A stretch of DNA of 64,000 bases from Balanoglossus misakiensis (taxonomy: Eukaryota > Animalia > Hemichordata). The stretch lies in NCBI GenBank assembly GCA_040954595.2, contig CM082596.2, positions 6,894,791-6,958,790 on the forward strand, read 5' to 3'. Positions 51,632 to 62,492 of this stretch are shown here, one piece after another (the stretch's first letter is position 1; the number at the start of each line of letters is the position of its first letter). Both the position numbers and the translations under genes were made by a program. The notes under the pieces were generated by a model, which saw nothing but the letters and a program-made list of their open reading frames with translations, was not told the DNA's origin and did not search any database.

Positions 51632-54028
51632 ATGGAATCGCTTGTTTTCGTAGATGTCAAAACAGTCTTCGTTGCAATCGTTGCATTTTTGGCCGCCTAT
51701 CAGTTTCTCCGGCGGTCGCGGACGAAACGCCGCCACCTCCCGCCGGGACCGTGGTGTTTGCCGTTTTTCGGCAACCTGTTCACGGTCGCCTCGCCTCGCC
51801 CGCTGCACGCCTTGCGCGACTTGGCCGCCAAGTATGGCGACGTGTTCACGATACGCCTGGGTTCGCAGTTGGTGCTTGTGCTGAACAGCTACGACGCGGT
51901 CCGGGAGGCTCTCGTCCGCAACGCCGACGATTTCATCGGCAGGCCGATTATCCCCGTGAAGACGGGGACTCTTGATGATGGTAAGGCTGTGGTGTGGGTA
52001 TATAGTATAAAGCTAGCGACGTGAACTTTTCGTCTGCCAACAACACCTACATGTAACACGAGAGCCAGCGATAAAAAACTATTCCTTTCACGAACTGCTC
52101 AGGTGAGGGGTCGATAGTAATTTTATCTCAACGGTAAGGAACACCAGTCGCGACAAGTTACCTACAACATGTGAGTTTTATAATAGAACAACCATCTGAA
52201 GTATTCTACTTTTGTTTTCAATACGATACCAGTCATGAAATAGGTTTTTGCTAAACCAGAATGATAGCTTGGCCAATATCACGTTTTGGTATAGTATTGA
52301 TTGATTAATTGATTGATTGTTTGTTTGTTTGTTTGTTCTTTCGTTCATTCATTCATTCATTCCTTCATTCATTCATTCGTTCGTTCGTTCGCTCTATATA
52401 TCCGATATCAGATATCTATATATCAGATGGTGTTATAATCATCACACTTCCTCATGTTTCCCAGGAATTGTCTTTGGAAATGGTGAAAAATGGAAATTAA
52501 AACGAAGGGTGATGCTTAAATATCTTCGCTCATTTGGGATGGGAAAATCGTCGATGGAGAGAAGGATCAAACAAGAGTGCGGGCATCTGCTGGAAGAGTT
52601 TGGAAAGCGGGGAGGAAGTCCGTTTGATCCTGCCCAGACAGTCGCGAACGCCGTGTCTAATGTCATATGCTCAGTTATCATCGGACATCGGTTTGAGTAC
52701 TCGGACTCCAAATTCCAAGGGTGCATCGCGTCCCTGTCGTGCCTGTTCAACGTGATGAGGCTGTACCTCGGGCTGAGTTTCATGTTCGCCGGGGCAGGGC
52801 GGCTCTTGGACTTCGTCTTCGGCGGGGCGAGCCGGCGCCACAGCCGGGTGGTGTACAGCGTGTTCGAGCCGTTCATCGAGGAGCACGAGGCGACGCGCGA
52901 CGCCGAGAACGCCAGGGACTTCATAGACGTGTTCCTCGGCGCCACCGCGGACTGGGAGAGCGAAGAGTGCTCTGCTGAGAGCGAGCGCGGACGCCCCAAA
53001 GCTCTGCCGTTCAAGTATTTCTACGTGTACAGACTGATCCTAGACATGTTCGCCGCCGGCACCGAATCCACAGCCACCACGTTAAGCTGGGCCTGGCTGT
53101 ACATGCTGTGGTACCCCGGCGTGCAAAGGCGGGTGCAGGCGGAAATCGACCGTGTCCTCGGCAGCCACCGGTTCCCCGAGATGTCCGACAGGCCCGGCAT
53201 GCCGTACACGCAAGCTACCATCTCCGAGGTCTTGCGCTTGGCCAGCACTGTTCCGCTGTCCGTACCTCGACGGACGGTAAACGACACGAAATTGTACGGC
53301 TACGACATCCCCAAGGACACCATGGTGTGGCCCAACATTTGGAGCGTTCATCGCAGCCCCGAGCGCTGGTCAGAACCCGAGAAATTCGACCCAACTCGTT
53401 TTCTCGACTCGGCGGGCAAATTCTCAAAGCCAGATCTGCTTATTCCGTTTGGGATAGGTAAGGGAAACTCAAATGTTTAAAAAACTGAATCGGTGTAATG
53501 ATTTTGTTTTTGTTACTATAATGGAAATCGTTTGCACGTCAGGAATTCAGAGTAATGGACAAGAAGAACAATTTAAACATTTCACCACCTCTTCCCTCTA
53601 TATAGGTCCAAATTTATCATAGAAAACAGAATGTATTTGGACCAAAACGTTGGTGGTGAAAGGGCTAATACACACGCGAATAAGCACTGTCTGCTGTCCA
53701 GGTTGTGCAATTTGACAGTGCAGGTATACACACCTAATGATGTAAATTGGGGGGACCCGTATCATTAGGGTGACCTATTTCAAAAATCATGTTCTCCGGA
53801 TCACCTGCCCTAATTTCTGAAACGTATACTCTTTCACGTTTTTTTTCAGGACCACGTGTCTGCATCGGAGAACAGCTGGTCAAGATGGAACTGTTTCTGG
53901 TGTTCTCGTCCGTGCTGCAACACTACAGCCTGGAACCGGATCCCGAGTGCCCACTGCCAGATCTGGAGGGGCGTGTGGGGTTAACTCTGCAGCCCAAACA
54001 CTACAAGATGCGCGCAGTGAAGAGATGA
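51632..54028 (+). CDS. Cytochrome P450, clan 2 (CYP2-like), 3 exons (51632-51980, 52465-53457, 53850-54028), 506 aa
   Basis: TM, LPPGPWCLPFFGNL, WKLKR, DMFAAGTEST, EVLR, FDPTRF and FGIG|PRVCIG; 349+993+179=1521 nt. Intron positions match the neighbouring paralog. Confidence 0.93.
52297..52391. repeat. Compound tetranucleotide microsatellite (ATTG/TTTG/TTCA/TTCG) in CYP intron 1
   Basis: Directly visible. Confidence 0.9.
53573..53668. mobile_element. Tiny piggyBac-like MITE family, copy 2 (CYP intron 2)
   Basis: TTAAACATTTCACCACC ... GGTGGTGAAAGGGCTAA; internal sequence similar to 49393-49480. Confidence 0.55.
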
Positions 54029-54495
54029 AGTCGACGGGGCCGAAATTCCAGAGAAGAACGGCTATAAAACAGATCTGCTGGGATTTCCAACATTTTGGGT
54101 GTCATAGTGTTTTGTTTGTAATTAAGTCTGCTCGCTCTTGCCGCCTCTCTCGATGTAGTCATAGTTCACACCGACACCAGTGACAGGTGGTACATAGATT
54201 GAGAGCAGAGCAAAACCAAACCCTCAACTCGAAATTTGACGCTAAATTTGTCTTTCAATATTTTCAATTAATTTGGTGCTTACATCTTTGAATGTGTGCA
54301 CTGACTGTGCGTACCTGCTGATTGGTCCGGTACTTCCGTTGATTGGTGGGGGCCGAGGGCAAGGTCGAGGCGATATTTCGTGCAATCGGTTGATTGCTTC
54401 GTTGGTGGGTGGTGATTTGATACTTTCCAACTATAATCGTATCAATTGTTATATCTACATTGTGACGAAACGATTTAGCACTTGTGGCCGTAGAA

Positions 54496-56167
54496 TTAAT
54501 AAATGTCTGTGCCATTTGGAACTGTGTCCTCCCTACAAATAGCGCCTTCGTGCCAGTACTCCGCGTACTGTCGGGACAAGTGCAAAGCGAAGAAGAGCGA
54601 GAGTGTGGAGAACAGAATTGTCAATATAAACGTGCGCTTCGCTCGCGTGATTTGCTTGATGGTCTTTCCGAGCACGGCCCAGGACTCCTCTTGGCGGCTG
54701 TCCCTGATCCGCTGGACTCCCAACGCGAAGTGGTCCCAGATGTCCGTGATGTCGAAACCGCCGACGGCGATCAGAGGCAGCAGGGAGAAGATGACGATCT
54801 CCAGCCAGACGCCGAGGTTGACTATGATGGCCAGCGACTCGGTTGCCCGCGCGCTGAATATCTTGTAGTTCCAGTAAACGTGGCAGTAGCAGTGGAACAC
54901 GGCCACGAACAGCTGGAAGATCACCCAGTTGGCCGTCAGAGAGTGCAGCCTCGAGTAGTCGGTGTGGCACTCCAAAATCCTCGCACGGCACACGTCAACA
55001 TCGTTTATGTTCGACTTCAGGAAACCAAGAGAGTTGTTCGCGTTTAACTGAAGGCATTTGCGCAGTAGGAATATCTGGTAACAGAATATGTTGAAGTACA
55101 CCATGCCGATAATCTCGCTCAGTGCATTGATGCAGTTGACGTAGTCGATGGCGTGGCACTCTTCCTGTGCGATGGTCACGATGTTGAACGCTGAAACTAC
55201 AATTCCCCACGCTAGACCGAAGATCATGAAGAGGTAGGCGCACATCGAAGCTAAGGGCATGCGCGCCGATATGAAGGGGAGCTGCCCCAGGACGTGATCT
55301 CGCTGAAGGGCGTACAAAGCTCCGGTGTCGTCTGCTGAGGGAGCCGGCAGAAAGGTTGCGATTATTCGAAGCGTGGTCACAACAGTTGGCGGCAGCATGT
55401 ACAATGTGTACGACAGCATGTAAAGCACAGCTTCATACCGCCCCCAACGACGGGCCAGATTCGACAGTATGGTCACCACCAGTAGAAGTTCGACCAGGAG
55501 TAACCATATAAGCATCAGGCGGCTTTTGCTACCGACATCAGCAAATCTGGTGGACTTTTCCCGAAAACCTATATATCATTATGGAGGCAAAAATAATACA
55601 GTAAAACTCATATCAAATCAGACAACTCTCTTCCTCTGTTATGTTTAGAGTATGACGAGCTTTGTGAAGGCCAATATTTCGGCGAACGTGATATAAAGCT
55701 CAGGTTAATTTTTACCAAATACTGTATTTCTATACGGAGTAAGAAATATGCGTAACTGTATGTGCAGTAGTATTATCATACTGGAGCTATGTTCGAAGAT
55801 TCTTCAGATATATAGGCCAAACCGGAAATACGTTTATGAAAATATACTTACCCTGATTGATAGAACTGCAGAGGAGACAACATTTAGGATCTACAAGTTT
55901 GGTCGCATCAGGAGTGTTGTCACCTTCTGTCACCTTGACAACATGCATCGAACTCTTGTTTTCGCGGCAGAGGAAGCACTTCCGGTAGTAATTATCCAAG
56001 TCGCAGTATCCTAGCAACATCAGGCAGAGGCGGACAATTGTGGGGTATGCTGGCCGCGTGTTCAAGTTCGTCGCCGCCGGGGCGTCTTCTTCATTGGCGT
56101 GGGCAACGGGGTCGTTGGGGGAGCTGTCGTCGTTTTCGTCAACATTTATAACGCTGCTCCGCTGCAT
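54496..56167 (-). CDS. Multi-pass (~7 TM) membrane protein, candidate gustatory-receptor-like / 7TM ion channel family; 2 exons (56167-55852, 55568-54496), 462 aa
   Basis: A phase-1 GT-AG intron joins the two ORFs in frame (316+1073=1389 nt). No signal peptide, N-terminal PTIVRLCLMLLGY helix, seven hydrophobic segments, long polar helices between TM4-5 and TM6-7, and no GPCR DRY/NPxxY motifs. The gene itself is well supported; the family call is inferred. Confidence 0.75.
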
Positions 56168-59100
56168 TTTGAATGTATGACGTCACAAAAATGAACCGAA
56201 ACCAGTCAGAGGTTGAAGGGGTCAGAGGTCGATTCCCCCGTTGATGACACTTACTGATAACTGGAGCAGTATTATGATGATAGTTTTTTGAGGAATACTT
56301 CCTGTTGTCAAAGAAGCACAAAACACGTCAAGCTTACTAGGCGTCAACTCCCCCCATGTGACAAACGTATAATCCTAATATTGCCATTTTCGTGATTTTT
56401 TACAGTCTCAATGAAAACATCCTTTGGAATATGCAAACTAAATTTCAGCAAAGTCAAATACCGAGGAACAGACTTTATGACCCCCCCCCCCAAAAAAAAA
56501 ATATATAATAATAAAGGTCGTGAAAAATATGGTAATGCCAAATTTGTGATTTTTGTAAAATTCGGAATGACAATATTACAGTAGATGACGGGGATAGTGT
56601 AAGTTTTTGAGTCATTTTCAAAATGAGCGTATAGCAGTACGCGTTTCCAATTATGTTGCCAGCGACAGTAACCAAAGCTTAGATTGAAATTTTGTAGAGG
56701 CCGCAAACGGTACTTGCATTTGGAGACTATGAACCAATATATAATCGATGATGAAGTTGGTAATTTGATGTGATGTTCCAAAATAGTGATTAAAGTGATC
56801 TCTTATCATTTGGCCACAAATTCTTGCAAGGGGGAACGAATATACAGTCTCTTACCAGGCGCTTTCCAACCAACGCTAACCGCGCTCATCCAGAGACAGC
56901 TGAGCTTTATAGTATGCGGCCTATCTTGCAGGATGACGCAAAACGTGAAAATACGACGAGGAAGTACAAATGATGACACATGAACGACCTGCTTGCGATC
57001 TGATGATTTTTCCTCGAGTGTTCGTTTTCAAGTTGGCAGAGGAAACAGCTCAGACGTATACGCAATTCACTGTGCAGACTTCTGTTTTCATTTCCTTTTT
57101 CGCAATATAGTCTTATCAGTGCAGGTACCTGGAGTCATAATTACGGCACTGTAGACTGAACCTGTGCACGAAATGTTTATTTTTTAGTCCCTTTAATTGC
57201 ATTTTTGTTATGTGAATGCGAGGACTGAAACGTTAAAATTGTTATATACACATGAAATTTGATAAAGTGAAAATGCAAAATTCATTCAAACTGAAAGTGA
57301 AAATATGCAAAGTAAACGAAACGGGATCATATTGTTGGCAGGCCCTGAAATGAGGACATATGGGAAAAGGGGAAGTTCATGGCTGTATGGTTACTTTTAC
57401 TTTCTTTTCTAGTGACCACGATTGTTGTGACAGGAGACGACTCTAAGAGTCTAGTACTGCGGCTACGGTACTGTGACTTGAACATTTTAATAACAACCGC
57501 ATAATGTTATACAAACGCATGGCTGCACTTGCAGAGTTGCTGCGATGGGCTTGTAGACTATAGCCTGCACGTAGACGGACAGATACAGGAACCCTGGTGA
57601 GTAGCTAAATAATAGTGGTGCACGTACACAATCGTTTTCATTTTTATTTCCAACTAAACCATTCAGACCAACACGATATCGCATATGTGATATACCCCAG
57701 CGTTCATACTCATTGACAAGAAGCGCTCTCTGGTTGGATCCCATCTCGGAAAGATTGGCCATTCACAATTGACATTACTAAACTTTTTTTAACACAAGAC
57801 TGATTCAACTTTTGGCTTAACAGAATGCAGATTCGTACAGATTTCACCAAAATTCGAAACAGCGACATTGTTGTTCTAAATATCGGACCAATAGGAAAAA
57901 GTTATTATTATTTTAAACATTGACAAGATTCATCTTGATGGCATATTTCAGACGGGGTTGTTGAAATCCTCACGAAAGTTCGACTGGTGAACCCGGAACT
58001 TGGTGGATGTACGAATGTCGTCTGCACTGCTGAGTGAGCAATCCTTAATATCATGAGCATATTCCTTAATTTTGATTAGTGAGCGACGTTTTGACCTTGT
58101 ACGAGTATTCTGCAGTGACGGGTGTAAGGTTAGTTTCAACTAAGAAACGTTTTTTGGTGTTGTTTATCTGTCTCCACGTAGAATTTACAGTCCAGCGTCG
58201 TCGTATGTTGGTTTACTACGATCGCCGATAGCGACACAGCACACTTCTTTCGACACTCCTCTTGTCACGTGTAAATATATATTTTTTTTTCTATATTAGT
58301 ATTTGGTCAGACCATGGAAATACCACAGCTCAGTCAGACCTACCCGCCTGTCAAGTATGGATAGACCGTGTCTGAATGACCCCCCGCCATAAAGGAAATA
58401 ACATTACAGGGGAGAACGGTGTTCAGGTTTGTGGTTATTTTATCGGCGAATTCGTTAGAAAAACGTGTTTAATATCACAGCTCCTCTATCACATGGTCGT
58501 TTCATGTTTGTGAAAGACGTGGCGTCAAGTGGGGATACGGTAAATTGATATGAATACATTGTATATCAGCGCAGTCTGGTCGTTGCAAGTACAATTTTTA
58601 TAGCAAGTTTCATTAAATTGGGTACGTGTAGTAATTTTGGAATTATATCACTAAAAAGCAAATAGGCATTTTCAGCAATGCGGTCCAACTGATAATATGA
58701 CACACATGTTAAAAACTTGCAAGATTTATTGTAGGCTTCATCAAATTTTGTGCATTAAGTCTGTGTAAATGCAATTACTTCAGCTTTTCTGCCTAAAACG
58801 AATAAAATAAAGCCCTTTTGAACTTCATTAATATGCAAGTAACATTCATAAAAAAAACCTGAATCTAAGCATTGGTTGACCACCAAATTTGGTTGAAATC
58901 TGATCAGCTGTTCTTGAGATATATCATTGTTGACACACATCGGTAGGACATTTGCCTACCAATAGCTAAAATCTTTCTTGCCAATGATCAGTCATGGAAG
59001 TTTTGTTTTAAAATTTGCCATCAACTGTGCAGTTTTAGAATTTATTTATATATGTATACAATTCAAGTCTTCAATCACCATACTCTGATTATTCTTTTGT

Positions 59101-59226
59101 TAATCTTTCTGGTCGTATATAAAGCCAAAACCTGAACTTCTACTCTAAAAATAACATGTTTAAACTTCAAAATATTATACAAACTCCAAAGCAATTAACT
59201 ACAAGCATTACGTCAGTAACCTCGAT

Positions 59227-61075
59227 TTATTTTTCACAGCATGGGCATATTGCATAGCAACCAAACGATGCACTGAACACTGCAACGACGCCCTGTATGA
59301 CAGCCAGTGTCAAGATGGCGATGTTCAGTCCTTCCTGGGTTTCCTGTGGGTACAGTAAAACAAGGTAATACACAATATTATCAGAATCAGTTCGTTTCTG
59401 AAAATAAGGCAGGTGTAACCCCGTGAGATACACTGCACGACATGTTACACTACATTTACAGTAAGCATGAATGTCAACAATACTGGTGGTAGTATGATCA
59501 TTAACATTTTATTTAAGATGATAAATAGATTGGCGAGTATCAAATTATGTTCTTAAGAAACCATTGACCCGTTAACGTGTATTATTGTGCCATAGTTGAT
59601 GGGCATAGAAAGAAAAGTAGGGGGTCCCAGAAACTCACCCGTTCAGATGGTGATTCAGTTGCCACCACTGCTTGCAATGGCCAGGTCCAGTTGGTGCTAT
59701 TCCCTTGTCCACTCCAGAGGGCGGTAGGCTTGATGTTGCTATCGCGATTGTAGCAGTTGTTGTTGATCTCGCAATGAATCTCGAATGCTGTCGAAGTGAT
59801 AAGGCCACAGCAGGCAACGGCGGATATGATACACAGTGTCACTGACATGGATATCTGAAGGGGATATGGAAGAAAAACCATAGTTGTATGTGTCTGCTGA
59901 GTCTGTCTGTCTGCATGTGTATGTACCGTATGTATGTATGTATGTATGTATGTATGTATATATGTATGTGTGTGTGTGTGTGTGTGTTTGTGTGTATTTT
60001 AATTTGGCAAAAAATGGTGTTTATAGAGAAGACAAGCTGAGAACTGTTGAGAGATGACTGTAGTGTAAGGTCTGGTCGCGTGGTAATAATAGGAACTTAC
60101 TGTTGCATTCGACCTCCTGTAAGCAGCTATACATCCCATGGCACCTGACACACAAAACTGTAGACAGAAATCGATACACAACAACAATAAACACTTTGTC
60201 AGTCAGATGTGAACAAAATATAGCAAAACAAGACAGTTAAATCACATCATTATTTTAATATGTGCGCACTCCTCAAGATAGCCTCCCCATTTGCTGAGTC
60301 ATGTTAAACTTTAATGTGGAAATACTGTGGTTGGAGAAAAGTACTGCTATTATCTATCATACATCAAGATATTGTAGATTTGATCTTAAATAAGTCATCC
60401 TGGTTATAAGGAGGTTTTAGAGTATCCTAACGTTTTCTGATGAATGAAAAGTATACATTTGCGATTATCATACCCATCCATATTCAAAAGTTTATAGGTC
60501 AAATATACAGTGTTTACATGGCCAGTTGCCAAGACAGTCACAAGACGAAACAGCACAACACAGACAATAAACAACACACAGAACAAAGCGAAGTCCAAGG
60601 AGGCATTTTACGTATTTGAAATCAACAGGACTTCTCTTCAAGGACGTAAAATTATGGCAGGCCTCGATTGAAACGTACCAGAACCCAGCACATACATCAA
60701 CTGCAGGAAGATTAATGTATCCATAAAACAACCTGAATTCATGTGCCCTATTCTGTGGCCATATATTGCATTTGTGTATGTTGCAATTTGCCTGGGTTTC
60801 TAAAGAATTAAGTGATAAATTCTGCTTACCAGAGCTCCACACATTATTGGTGCTCCACAGTAATAGACATTGCCGTGAATAAACAGGGCGGCAACTCCGA
60901 ACAAAATCATGACGAAGCCGGCGACCGCCTGAGCGCCGCCAAATGCTGCTGTTGAATATCGCTTAAAACCCCGCAGTCCAGCTCCGTCTTGGTGTACACC
61001 GGCGCATAGACGCTCCTGTATTCCATTTTCCTCCAACAGACTCTGCCTCTCCCCTTCTTCAAGATCAACTGACAT
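59227..61075 (-). CDS. MS4A/CD20-like tetraspan membrane protein, 4 exons (61075-60830, 60157-60101, 59854-59639, 59343-59227), 211 aa
   Basis: Three phase-0 GT-AG introns, 246+57+216+117=636 nt. TM1 FGGAQAVAGFVMILFG, TM2 GAPIMCGAL|FCVSGAMGCIAA (MS4A G-x-P-x-W-x-G..F..SG pattern), TM3 ISMSVTLCIISAVACCGLI, TM4 LNIAILTLAVIQGVVAVFSASFGC, and a Cys-rich tail. Confidence 0.82.
59929..59995. repeat. (TATG)n(TG)n microsatellite in MS4A-like intron
   Basis: Directly visible. Confidence 0.92.
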
Positions 61076-61969
61076 CGCGCGCTGTTAATACAGATGAGTT
61101 GAGAACGGTGATGACATTTGTTTTGTCTTGAAATGTTGTCTGACTCGACTGTATGCACAGGAATGCTGAGTGGTGGGTCATAACTTGACATAAGTCTTAT
61201 TTATAGAATTGCAAAGGCGTTGCACTCGTATCGAAAAACTGAGGTGTGATCTCAAATGGTGATTGAGTTATGGCAAGAAATGTAGTCCAATACAGTTTAG
61301 CGGAGATGTCCCTTTCATCGACGATAAGTTACAAGTTTTAACATCTCCTTATCTATCCTTGACTCAAGAGCATTCATTGTCTTACCAAATAGTTCAGGTG
61401 TTCAGCTTAATGTTTAACGTTCGCCACGCATCTTTGCCGGCATATACCCCCCGGAACCGAAAGCCAAAATTAAAACTGCGTAGGCCTTTATTTGGAATTT
61501 CCCCTGCAGTAAACTGCAGTGTGACTTAGGTCACATGTACTAGGTATTTGATCTCGTATTGCACAATCAGGGAGTGTACACAAAAGTTGTCTCTCTCTCG
61601 ACATATAGCCTTTGTATTAAGTGCTCGGGCCCTCCATACTTTCATGGATGAAAATAAGTCACTTGTAAATATCACAATGCAGATCAAATGCGAGTTGGCT
61701 CAGAGTTGTTGACATTACCACGGGGGGTATATTTCACTTTTTCCTCAATGCAAGTGCATACAAGGTGAAACCACTGTGTGTGGTTATCACTAGAAAGGAC
61801 ATAAATTCATACAACTTCTTCTCTCTCTTTTTTTGCAAAATTATATGAACAAGTCCATCATCAAGACTGTCAAAGAGAACCGGCAGAAAGCTATTTTCAA
61901 TATTTCTACTTTTGCCTGAGTTCACCTGACATGAACTCTCACTACACACAGGGATGTTGCTCAAAAGAA

Positions 61970-62054
61970 AACCCTTTCACTGGTTATGGTTTGGTCCAAC
62001 TCCAGTGTTTTCAATAGCAATGCTGGCCCTTTATACCGGGAAATAGGGGTGAAA
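61970..62054. mobile_element. Tiny piggyBac-like MITE family, copy 3 (opposite orientation, decayed)
   Basis: AACCCTTTCAC..ATGGTTTGGTCCAA..TGTTTTCAATAG..GGGGTGAAA resembles the reverse complement of copies 1 and 2. Confidence 0.45.
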
Positions 62055-62492
62055 TATATCACAGCTGCCATAAGTGTTTGCCAAGTAATGTTTCCAAAAA
62101 CAAGAGTGTCTCATGAATGGCGTTTGCCATGGGTTTTACTGGTGTCATGAATAATGTGAAGATAGTTGAGCTGGTTATGTGTAATTGTAAACTGTAATCA
62201 AGCTGGGCATTTACAAGATTAATTTCCATGTCAACTGATATGACAAGATGGTGTTTCTCTGTACATGATGCACTCAACACATTCATATCTCCTGGCAGAT
62301 AAATAAACTATTTATTTAATACATTTTAAAGAAAAACCATTTTCAATATTTCATTGGTATGAACATGAAAGGTCATAGTTTACATGTTCACAAGTTTAAA
62401 AGCAGTAAGTGTCTTCATGGGAAATCTATAAGAATGGACGTTTAAATCTGTACTGGCCACGGACCCTTGTTCCAGTTGACGCCCTCTGCAGT

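Noticed and set aside
58750-58960. Repeat-like fragment (ACCAAATTTGGTTGAAATCTGATCAGC...GAGATAT)
   Set aside because: Resembles dispersed invertebrate repeats, but no termini or second copy are visible to support a call.
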